From assembly GCA_001897605.1 (NCBI GenBank), contig MKTL01000002.1, forward strand, positions 68,856 to 100,855: a stretch of 32,000 nucleotides of DNA, given 5' to 3'. Made by a program: the position numbers and the translations under genes. This stretch comes from Clostridiales bacterium 38-18. Lineage in GTDB: Bacteria > Bacillota > Clostridia > Peptostreptococcales > Acidaminobacteraceae. Of the stretch, positions 18,280-26,276 are shown in pieces. The notes under the pieces were generated by a model. The model did not search any database, was not told where the DNA came from, and saw nothing but the letters and a program-made list of their open reading frames with translations. Each line of letters opens with the position of its first letter. The stretch's first letter is position 1.

Positions 18280-18507
18280 TTAAAGGCTATGAAAAGAAGA
18301 GTAGTAAAGCTGTTGCGCACAGAGAGTTCCGTGGCTGAGAAGGAACCGTTAATGACTTTATGAACCAAGGCTTGGAGCTGTGTGCCGGATTTTTTGATGG
18401 TATGCCGGGTTTTCCCGTTATAGAAAAAGAGGTTGAGTTTCTCTCGACGAATTAGGGTGGCACCGCGGAATATCGCCCCTAAGCTTAGGCTTAGGGGCGT
18501 TTTTTTT
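18280..18507 (+). promoter_or_regulatory. T-box leader (tRNA-sensing transcription attenuator) upstream of metG
   Basis: Elements seen: K-turn/S-turn strand GCUAUGAAAAGAAG-AGUA, AG bulge AGAGA, distal hairpin GUUCC/GGAAC, and T-box AAUUAGGGUGGCACCGCG (18450-18467). The antiterminator has a UGGCACC bulge. The terminator is CGCCCCUAAGC/GCUUAGGGGCG (18474-18499) followed by U8. Confidence 0.9.
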
Positions 18508-18617
18508 ATTAAGCCACAATCTTTATTGTGGTAAAATCAGAAGGCTCGACGCCTGATGATTTTTATAAAGCATCAAAGAATTTTTATTAAACCGCAATCT
18601 CGATTGTGGTAAAATCA
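18506..18617 (+). repeat. two copies of a 34-nt hairpin-containing direct repeat (18506-18539 and 18584-18617)
   Basis: The two copies are 30/34 identical. Each contains CC(A/G)CAAT-N4-ATTGTGG followed by TAAAATCA. Confidence 0.8.
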
Positions 18618-18712
18618 TCAACGAATTTGTTGTGAAATTTGAAGTCTCGAAGCAGAAAATTGAGTTAATTAGCATAGAATTTAATAGTTAAAATGAAGAA
18701 AAAACATAGAAA

Positions 18713-18798
18713 AATAAGAATAAGAATCATAAAAAGAAGTCAAAAATAAGAATAAGAATAAGAATAAGAATAAGAATACGAATAAGAATAAGAATAGA
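18713..18798 (+). repeat. hexanucleotide microsatellite (AATAAG)n in the metG 5' UTR
   Basis: There are 2.5 units at 18713-18727. Nine tandem units follow at 18745-18798, with one AATACG variant and a degenerate last unit. The array ends 7 nt before the RBS AGGAGGAGG (18806-18814). Confidence 0.9.
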
Positions 18799-18819
18799 AA
18801 AGATTAGGAGGAGGTAGCT

Positions 18820-20805
18820 ATGTATACCCCAAAAAGACCAAGACCTGTTTTCCCTAAAAGGGCAGTCATCACAGCGGGAATGCCTTACGGTAACAAATCG
18901 CTCCACTTTGGACATATCGGAGGCGTATTTATCCATGCAGACACTTACGCAAGATTCTTAAAGGACAGAATTGGTAACGATAACGTCATTTTTGTTTCTG
19001 GTACAGACTGCTATGGATCGCCAATATTGGCAAGCTATAAGAAGCACATTGAAGAAACAAAGGAAGACATTTCAATGGAAGACTATGTGTATCGCTTTCA
19101 CTTGCTTCAAAAAGAGGTATTAGGGGCATACGATGTGGCACCAAGTCTTTATGGTGCTTCTGCATTTGGTGAAAGTGGGAAAGTGCATAACAAAGTTTCA
19201 GAGAAGCTTTTTGACGCGCTCTATGAGCAAGGTACACTTAAAGTCATGTCTTCACCACAATTCTACGATCCTATCGAAAACGCTTACCTAAATGGTAGAC
19301 AGGTCGTAGGCAAGTGTCCAGTAGACGGCTGTCAATCAGACAAAGCATATGCAGATGAGTGTGCACTTGGTCACCAATACATGCCTGAAGAGTTGATCGA
19401 TCCTGTGAGTACACTTTCAGGCGAGAAGCCTATTTTAAAGGATGTTAACAACTGGTATTTTGTTCTTGATGACTACATGACGCACCTCCAAGAAATGGTT
19501 GACAAAATGCGTAAAGAAAAACACGTTAGAGCAAACGTGATCAATACCATTGAAGAATTTTTAAAACCGCCTGTGATTTATGTTAAAAGAAAAGATCATG
19601 AGTTATTGGTGGCAGAAGGTGCAGAACTAGGTGCTGATGAAGTACAAGATGATGGCAAAAAACCTTCGGTTACTTACATCTTTAAATCACTTGATGCAAG
19701 AGATCATGCGAGAACCGAGCTAGAGAAATTTAACATTCGATATAGAACGGGTAAGACACTCGTACCATTTAGACTCTCGGGTAACATCGAGTGGGGCGTA
19801 CCTGTACCCAATAAAGATCAACTAGAGGATTTAACCTTCTGGGTATGGCCAGAGTCTCTTTGGGCACCAATCAGCTTTACCATTACGCATTTAGAATCAA
19901 TAGGTAAAAAAGCAGAGGAGTGGCAATCGTGGTGGTTAGATCAAGATTCAAAAATTTATCAATTCATCGGTGAAGATAACATCTATTTCTACGGTGTTGC
20001 GGAGATGGGGATGCTAATGGCTTATTTGGGCATTCATCCAAATGATGGCTTATCAATTGATTCAGTTAATTTCCCTGAACTGGTTGCGAACTGCCATTTG
20101 TTATTCCTAGATTCAAAGGCAAGTAGCTCAAGTGACATAAAACCGCCAATGGCTGGTGAACTGTTAGACTACTATACAAAAGACCAACTTAGAATGCATT
20201 TTTTAAGTCTAGGTCTTTCTAAGAAATCAGTTAGCTTTAGTCCAAAACCATTTGATCCAAGCTGTCCTGCTGATGCACCAGACGTTGTATTAAAGGATGG
20301 TAATCTGCTGACTAATGTTTACAATCGTCTTTTAAGATCCTGCTTCTATACCTCACAAAAATACTTTGATTCAGTCGTTCCGAAAGTAGCAGTAAAAGAG
20401 GAGATGCTTGACCTAGTGCACAAGGCTGTCTATGATTATGAGCACAATATGTCCAGACAAGAGTTCCATTTAGTGATTTATACCTTGGATGAACTTATAA
20501 GAGGCGTGAGTAAATACTGGTCAAAATACATGAAGCTAGCCGACGATCAAGACAGTGATGAAATGAGAGCAAGCGTAGTTGCGGATTGTCTATATGCATC
20601 AAAAGTAATCTTGACTCTGCTACACCCAATTACACCTACAAGTGCAGAATTTGTTAGAGAATATCTAAACCTTGATGAAAGCTTATGGTCATGGGAGCAT
20701 ATTTTGGATGGCATTGAAGTTCATATGACAAATCCAGAAGCACATCAGCTTAAGTTTATCGAACCAAAATTTGACTTCTACAAAAAGGACGAAAGCCAAT
20801 TTTAA
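18820..20805 (+). CDS. metG: methionine--tRNA ligase (MetRS), diverged KMSKS loop
   Basis: Motifs MPYGNKSLHFGH (HIGH region), TDCYGSPI, zinc knuckle CPVDGC...ECALGH, FWVWPESLWAP, FIGEDNIYFY and DQLRMHF. A strong RBS is present and the gene lies downstream of the T-box. Confidence 0.85.
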   Translation: MYTPKRPRPVFPKRAVITAGMPYGNKSLHFGHIGGVFIHADTYARFLKDRIGNDNVIFVSGTDCYGSPILASYKKHIEETKEDISMEDYVYRFHLLQKEVLGAYDVAPSLYGASAFGESGKVHNKVSEKLFDALYEQGTLKVMSSPQFYDPIENAYLNGRQVVGKCPVDGCQSDKAYADECALGHQYMPEELIDPVSTLSGEKPILKDVNNWYFVLDDYMTHLQEMVDKMRKEKHVRANVINTIEEFLKPPVIYVKRKDHELLVAEGAELGADEVQDDGKKPSVTYIFKSLDARDHARTELEKFNIRYRTGKTLVPFRLSGNIEWGVPVPNKDQLEDLTFWVWPESLWAPISFTITHLESIGKKAEEWQSWWLDQDSKIYQFIGEDNIYFYGVAEMGMLMAYLGIHPNDGLSIDSVNFPELVANCHLLFLDSKASSSSDIKPPMAGELLDYYTKDQLRMHFLSLGLSKKSVSFSPKPFDPSCPADAPDVVLKDGNLLTNVYNRLLRSCFYTSQKYFDSVVPKVAVKEEMLDLVHKAVYDYEHNMSRQEFHLVIYTLDELIRGVSKYWSKYMKLADDQDSDEMRASVVADCLYASKVILTLLHPITPTSAEFVREYLNLDESLWSWEHILDGIEVHMTNPEAHQLKFIEPKFDFYKKDESQF

Positions 20806-20811
20806 TAATTT

Positions 20812-20885
20812 AAAAACCTAGCTTTATAGTAATAGCGACCTCTCTATCAGAAATAGGCGTTATACTAGAGCTAGGTTTTTTTTAG
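20812..20885. terminator. probable bidirectional terminator between metG and the GH4 gene
   Basis: Outer stem AACCTAGCT (20815-20823) / AGCTAGGTT (20869-20877), with A5 upstream and T8 downstream. The long interior is imperfectly paired. Confidence 0.55.
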
Positions 20886-20938
20886 AATTAAATCAGTAAA
20901 AATAATTATTTACAAGAATAATGAAACAAATCTGCGAT

Positions 20939-22234
20939 TCAGATCAACTCAAAATAGGATTGGTTTGCTGATACAAGTGCATCAAGAGCAGCTTTAAGCT
21001 GATTGCCAGTAGGACAAAGTGGATGAACCGTTAAAGCATGCATGGCAATGTTATAGGAGCTCTTAAGGGAGGCTTCTATTACAAGTCTTTCATATCCCTT
21101 GATAGAGACAATTTCCGCTCTAATAGGAAAGGGGAGGGTTGTGACAGGCAGTGGTATGGGTCCGTTATTTGTAATGATGCAGGTAGTTTCAATTACCGCG
21201 TCATCTGGGAGCTCACGGAGTATGCCATTATTAGGCACATTGACAACCATTAGATTTCTTTTATCAACAAAGATGGAACGGATCAGCTCACAGGCTGCCT
21301 CTGAATAATAAGCACCACCACGCTTTGAGAGGGCTTCAGGTTTTGTCGATAAATTTGGATCGGTATAGATCTTAAACAGCTCTTCTTCAACCATTTTAAC
21401 GACAGTGCCTCTCGAACCTTCTCTTTCAAATTCAGCTTTTGCTTCAGCGTACATTTCATCCTTTAAGTAATAATACGCATGGTAATAGCAGGGTAAAACG
21501 CCAAGTCCTTTTATCTGAGAGACTTGATAACCTGCGTGACCGATATTTTTAGGGTTAAACGAATCATCATTTAAAAGATTTTCTAGGATAAAGGGAAGCT
21601 GCTCCCTGCCAGATAACTTTATTTGATGCGCATAAACATAGTGATTTAGACCAGTCATTTGTACAAAGAGTGAACCACCAGTTACATGTGCTTCTATCAT
21701 CTTTTGCATATTGACGGGAACGTTACAAAGTCCTACCACTTTGATCTTTGTAAATCTAGACACTGCCTCTGTAATGATGCCTGCAGGATTTGTAAAGTTG
21801 ATCAGCCAAGCGTTGGGACAGTATAGCTCCATATCTTTTGCGATGCTTAGGAGCACTGGAATCGTTCTCATAGCCTTTCCAAATCCAGCGAGACCATTGG
21901 TTTCTTGTCCAAGCATACCGTAATTAAAGGCAATGGTTTCATCAGTAATGCGAGCCCTAATACCGCCGACTCGAATTTGAGTGATGACAAAGGCACAATT
22001 TTTAAGGGCTTTCTCTCGATCTAGTGTATGGGTAATTTTTATCGGTGTACCTGATTTCTCAACCATTCTGATCGATAGCTGGCAAATGATGTCGAGCTTC
22101 TTAGAACCTTCAATAATGTCAAATAGACAGATTTCTGTAATTGGTAAATCCATATATCGTTCTATAAAACCTTCTATAAGTTCTGGGGTATAGCTAGAGC
22201 CGCCTCCAATAATTGCAATTTTTAGTTCACTCAT
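20939..22234 (-). CDS. GH4 family 6-phospho-beta-glucosidase (ChbF/LicH/CelF-like)
   Basis: The N-terminus KIAIIGGGSSYTPELIEGFIERY closely resembles E. coli ChbF. Also seen: GQETNG, NFTNPAG and GLCNVP. RBS AGGAGG. Confidence 0.85.
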   Translation of the reverse strand: MSELKIAIIGGGSSYTPELIEGFIERYMDLPITEICLFDIIEGSKKLDIICQLSIRMVEKSGTPIKITHTLDREKALKNCAFVITQIRVGGIRARITDETIAFNYGMLGQETNGLAGFGKAMRTIPVLLSIAKDMELYCPNAWLINFTNPAGIITEAVSRFTKIKVVGLCNVPVNMQKMIEAHVTGGSLFVQMTGLNHYVYAHQIKLSGREQLPFILENLLNDDSFNPKNIGHAGYQVSQIKGLGVLPCYYHAYYYLKDEMYAEAKAEFEREGSRGTVVKMVEEELFKIYTDPNLSTKPEALSKRGGAYYSEAACELIRSIFVDKRNLMVVNVPNNGILRELPDDAVIETTCIITNNGPIPLPVTTLPFPIRAEIVSIKGYERLVIEASLKSSYNIAMHALTVHPLCPTGNQLKAALDALVSANQSYFELI

Positions 22235-22374
22235 TTTTTGCCTCCTAATGCGTTATTGTTTTTTTATTAAAAATAGTATAAATCAATAATAAACAATAAA
22301 AAAGAGAGTAAAACAAGAAAGAAATAAGCTATAATAGGATCAAACAAGAAAACAATAAGATAAGTGGAGGCATT

Positions 22375-23136
22375 ATGACTGCTTCAGCACGATTAAAGGA
22401 AATCACTGAGCAAATTGAAAAGCTGGGTACCGTTCAGGTTAAAGTATTAGCAAAACACTATCATGTTACTGAAGATCTCATTAGAAAAGATCTTAGAAAG
22501 CTCGAGCAAATCGGTGTAGCTGATCGCGTTTACGGTGGGGCAGAAAGGAAAAATAATAAATTTCAGAATGCTTCTGCACCCTATAGATTGGAGAGCGACT
22601 CTGTCGAAAAAGAAAGTATCGCAAAAAAGGCGATCCAGCTGATAAATGAAATGGATTATGTCTATTTTGATACCTCAAGTACCTCTTATTTTACTGCGGT
22701 TGAGTTAGCCAAATCGGGGAAACAGGTTACCGTTATAACGGACATGCTCGCAATCATGAAGGTGATTTCAGAATATGGGAATATCAAACTAATAGGTATA
22801 GGCGGAGATTTTGACTATTATACAGGGGGGGTTTTAGGAGCAAGTAGCATCAGTCAAATCCAGACCTTCCATGTGGATATTGCTTTTGTGAGCTGCAAGA
22901 GTATCCACTTAGATAAAAGCGCTCTGTTGGAGGGATTTGTTGAAATTGGTCACCAAAAGAAGGCAATCCTTGATATTGCACGTATAAAGGTAGCCTTATT
23001 GATGCAGGTTAAGTTTAGAGAAACGGGTGTTTTTCAGTTTTACGATGCAAGAAAGCTAGACTATATCGTCACGGAGGCAGAATTAAGTGAAACGGAAATG
23101 AAACAAATAAAAGATTTAAAAATAAAACTAGTTTAA
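22375..23136 (+). CDS. DeoR/GlpR family transcriptional regulator
   Basis: 253 aa with an N-terminal wHTH (VKVLAKHYHVTEDLIRKDLRKLEQIG) and a C-terminal DeoR sugar-phosphate sensor domain. It is divergent from the GH4 gene. Confidence 0.82.
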   Translation: MTASARLKEITEQIEKLGTVQVKVLAKHYHVTEDLIRKDLRKLEQIGVADRVYGGAERKNNKFQNASAPYRLESDSVEKESIAKKAIQLINEMDYVYFDTSSTSYFTAVELAKSGKQVTVITDMLAIMKVISEYGNIKLIGIGGDFDYYTGGVLGASSISQIQTFHVDIAFVSCKSIHLDKSALLEGFVEIGHQKKAILDIARIKVALLMQVKFRETGVFQFYDARKLDYIVTEAELSETEMKQIKDLKIKLV

Positions 23137-23197
23137 TCCTTTCGAACCTGTAGTATAATGGATAATATTGACAGAATCTTTACATAAGGAGGCTCAC

Positions 23198-24823
23198 TTG
23201 AAACTAAAGACCTATTTGAATGCTGAAATTCAAAGATCAAAAGAGCTTGCTTTTCAAGATCCCAAAAAATCTTTTGAGCTTGCAAAAGAAGCTTGTGAAT
23301 TATCTAAAATCCATAATCTTGAGATTGAGGAAGGCTTAGCGTTATTTCAAATGGCGTACGCCTGTAGAGTGATGTCCCAGTATTCTGAGGGCTTGAATCT
23401 AGCTTTTAGATCATTGGATATTATGAAAAAAAATCAACATATTAAAGGTATCTATAAAGCTAAAAACATCATAGGTATCATCTACTTCTATTTTGGTGCA
23501 ATGACCGATGCATTAGAGAACTTCATGAGTGCCCTTTCGATGATAGATGAAGAGGAAGATTTTAATCTGATGTCGTCCTTACTCAATAACATTGGTGAAG
23601 TTTACAGAGAGGCAGAGGCGTATGTCGAGGCGACTAAATATTATAACCAGGCACTTGATATTTGCTTAAGACACAATTTGAACATCAATGCTTCGGCAAT
23701 TTATTTGAATTTAGGTGAAATTGCTTACCAAGAAAGGCATTATTCCGAATCAAATGACTACATGCAAAAAGGGTATGCACTTTTACTAGATGAAAATAGA
23801 GTCTTAGAGCTAGGCGAGGCTGAGACTAAAATCGGCCGTGCACTTGTTGCACAGGGGCTCTATGACCAAGCGAAAGTAATTTTCTTGTCTGCTCTTAGTA
23901 AGCTAAACTCTATCGAGAATAAATATTATCTAATAGACCTATTAATAGAAATGGCTAAGCTTGATCAAAGAGTCAATCATAGTCCGATGAGGAACCTAAA
24001 CGAAGCGTTATCTTTAGCCTCCGAGCAGGGACTCGTAATTAAGGAGGTCAAAATATATGAAAAAATCTCAAGCTATTATGAATCAAAAGGGGATTTTGCA
24101 AAAGCGTTGGCATATTATAAGCGATTTCATCTAAAGCAGTCTGAGGTGGAGGCGTCTAATCTATCAAAACGATTGGAAATAATATCAGTCGAGTTTGATT
24201 ACTATAAAGAAAAAAGGGAAAATCTTAAATTCAGGCAAATGACGGCTCGACTGGAACGTGAAATTGAATCCTATAATCGATCTTTGGAATCTATTAGGAG
24301 TCAAAACCAAGAGCTTTTGAAAGAATCTCTTTACGATGAGCTTACTAAAATATTAAACAGAAGAGGACTAGAGAAGGCTTACCAAGAGCTATTTGAAAAC
24401 AATTCTAAGCTTCAGCTGGCTGTGTTGATTGTGGATATAGATCGCTTTAAAGGCTATAACGACACTTGGGGTCATGTAAAGGGTGATAGCTGCTTGGTTA
24501 GAATAGCTGAGGAAATGTCGAAAAACTTTAAGCATGCCATCATTGCCCGATATGGTGGCGAGGAGTTTTTGATCATTGTTCAAGTGGATGACTTCGAGAA
24601 AGTGTCTCAGTTAGCCGAGAGATTTCGTGAAAATGTTCAGACACTTGGAATTCAAGCAAGTATCGACGAGGAACGCGTTGTAACTGTCAGCGTAGGGGGC
24701 TATTATGGCACTCTTGATAAGAATGCACTTTTAAGCGCTATCGAGGTTGCTGACAAAGAGCTGTACAAAGCAAAAGATAGTGGTCGAAACAAAGTTCGTA
24801 TCTCGAAGGAAATTCACTGGTAA
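23198..24823 (+). CDS. TPR-repeat diguanylate cyclase (GGDEF domain, GGEEF active site)
   Basis: The ORF opens at TTG 23168, but RBS AAGGAGG (23186-23192) sits 5 nt before TTG 23198 and a TATAAT lies at 23154-23159. About 330 aa of TPR-like repeats and a coiled coil precede the GGDEF domain (RFKGYNDTWGH, RYGGEEF, DKELYKAKDSGRN). No RxxD I-site is evident. Confidence 0.8.
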   Translation: MKLKTYLNAEIQRSKELAFQDPKKSFELAKEACELSKIHNLEIEEGLALFQMAYACRVMSQYSEGLNLAFRSLDIMKKNQHIKGIYKAKNIIGIIYFYFGAMTDALENFMSALSMIDEEEDFNLMSSLLNNIGEVYREAEAYVEATKYYNQALDICLRHNLNINASAIYLNLGEIAYQERHYSESNDYMQKGYALLLDENRVLELGEAETKIGRALVAQGLYDQAKVIFLSALSKLNSIENKYYLIDLLIEMAKLDQRVNHSPMRNLNEALSLASEQGLVIKEVKIYEKISSYYESKGDFAKALAYYKRFHLKQSEVEASNLSKRLEIISVEFDYYKEKRENLKFRQMTARLEREIESYNRSLESIRSQNQELLKESLYDELTKILNRRGLEKAYQELFENNSKLQLAVLIVDIDRFKGYNDTWGHVKGDSCLVRIAEEMSKNFKHAIIARYGGEEFLIIVQVDDFEKVSQLAERFRENVQTLGIQASIDEERVVTVSVGGYYGTLDKNALLSAIEVADKELYKAKDSGRNKVRISKEIHW

Positions 24824-24885
24824 ATGCTTGTCCCGATAGTGAGTTTGACGTATAATTAGGTGATACTATGAGATGGGAGCTGAAA

Positions 24886-26118
24886 ATGATGAATTACGAC
24901 AAGGCAATTGAGAAATACGCAGAATTATTAGTCAAAGTAGGCATTAATGTACAACCAAAAGAAGGCTTGATCGTTGTTTCTAACCAATGGGGATTACCGC
25001 TTGCAAGAGAAGTTATAAGAAAAGCTTATGAAGCTGGCGCAAAACACGTTGAATACATGATGGGCGATGACGAAATGGTAATCGCTAGATATCAGAGTGC
25101 TAAGGATTATGTATTTGAAAATTTTCCTGAGTGGAAAGTGGAATTAATGATAAAGCTCTATGAGGATAACTATCATCACTTATTTATCATTGCACCAGAT
25201 CCAGAATTATTAAAGCAAATTCCAAGTGATAAGGTTGCGATTGACCAAAAAACAGCATCTGCTGCGATGTCTCCAGCTACAAAATTCCGTATGACAGGTC
25301 AAACCAAATGGTGTATTGCTGCAGTTCCGTCTGAGGCGTGGGCGAAAAGTGTTTACCCCGAAAGATCAACAGAGGAAGCAATTGATGGGCTATGGGGAAA
25401 AATACTCGATGCAACGCGTGTAAGTCTTGACAACCCAGTTGAAGCTTGGCAGGAACACGACAAAATGCTTAAGAAATATAAAAATTTCCTTAATGAAAAG
25501 CAGTTCGACAAACTGGTTCTAAAGGCACCTGGAACAGAGCTTGAAATCGGCCTTGCTGATGAGCATTTCTGGATGGGTGGCTCAAAGGAGAGCTGGGCTA
25601 AGGATGCATTTGTTGCAAATATCCCAACTGAAGAGGTTTTTACAACGCCACATAAGTTTAGAGTCAATGGAACCGTTAAATCAACAAAACCATTAAGCCA
25701 TAATGGTAAAATCGTCGATGGATTTGGCTTCACCTTTAAAGAGGGTAAGGTTGTCGATTATTATGCAGAAAAGGGCAAAGAAGTACTTGATCAGTTACTT
25801 GCAAATGACGAAGGCGCATCTTATTTAGGAGAGGTTGCACTCGTACAGGACGATTCTCCAATCTCAAATACAGGAATTTTATTCAACAACACGCTTTTTG
25901 ATGAAAATGCATCGGTTCATTTGGCGCTAGGTAGAGCGTATGCATACGCCATGAGAAATGGTTCATCTCTTTCTCAAGAAGAGCTTGAAGCAAGAGGTGC
26001 CAATTTTAGTTTGATTCACGTTGATTTTATGATTGGTGGACCAGAGATGGAAATCATCGCTTATTCTAAAGACGGTGAAGCGACGCCTTTATTTGAACAA
26101 GGTAATTGGACATTTTAA
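24886..26118 (+). CDS. M29 family aminopeptidase (AmpS/PepS-like)
   Basis: MNYDKAIEKYAELLVKVGINVQP is a typical M29 N-terminus. Also seen: EGASYLGEVALV and FDENASVHLALG. The ORF opens at 24868, but GGGAG (24875-24879) favours ATG 24886 or 24889. Confidence 0.85.
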   Translation: MMNYDKAIEKYAELLVKVGINVQPKEGLIVVSNQWGLPLAREVIRKAYEAGAKHVEYMMGDDEMVIARYQSAKDYVFENFPEWKVELMIKLYEDNYHHLFIIAPDPELLKQIPSDKVAIDQKTASAAMSPATKFRMTGQTKWCIAAVPSEAWAKSVYPERSTEEAIDGLWGKILDATRVSLDNPVEAWQEHDKMLKKYKNFLNEKQFDKLVLKAPGTELEIGLADEHFWMGGSKESWAKDAFVANIPTEEVFTTPHKFRVNGTVKSTKPLSHNGKIVDGFGFTFKEGKVVDYYAEKGKEVLDQLLANDEGASYLGEVALVQDDSPISNTGILFNNTLFDENASVHLALGRAYAYAMRNGSSLSQEELEARGANFSLIHVDFMIGGPEMEIIAYSKDGEATPLFEQGNWTF

Positions 26119-26130
26119 ATAGTATACAAG

Positions 26131-26170
26131 GTCACTATTTGCTCAATCAAATAGTGGCTTTTTTATTTTT
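26131..26170 (+). terminator. rho-independent terminator after the aminopeptidase gene
   Basis: An 11-bp stem spans 26131-26141 / 26148-26158 (GTCACTATTTG / CAAATAGTGGC) with a 6-nt loop, followed by TTTTTTATTTTT. Confidence 0.88.
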
Positions 26171-26276
26171 ATTAATTGACGAAATGTGGATTTATTGCGA
26201 GCTATCTCATTCATTTGGGTATAAAGGATATCATATTAGTGTATATTAAGAGACATTACAATGAATAGAGGGGATT

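Noticed and set aside
18506-18617. Palindromic 34-nt repeats with a 44-nt spacer considered as a mini-CRISPR array
   Set aside because: There are only two copies, 4 mismatches between them, no cas genes in the window, and the location is inside a 5' UTR. A regulatory or structural repeat is more plausible.
18647-18661. CodY-box-like sequence TCGAAGCAGAAAATT
   Set aside because: Only 9 of 15 positions match AATTTTCWGAAAATT. The right half is perfect but the left half is absent, which is below what I would accept.
18693-18749. 18-codon basic mini-ORF MKKKHRKIRIRIIKRSQK in the metG 5' UTR (possible leader peptide)
   Set aside because: There is no Shine-Dalgarno within 15 nt upstream. The composition is a by-product of the A-rich sequence and hexamer repeat. 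I see no attenuation logic involving Met codons.
18727-18936. 69-aa minus-strand ORF (…ILILIRILILILILILIF…) overlapping the metG start
   Set aside because: Its Ile-Leu repeat is simply the reverse-complement reading of the (AATAAG)n microsatellite. It has no RBS and overlaps the strongly supported metG start and RBS.
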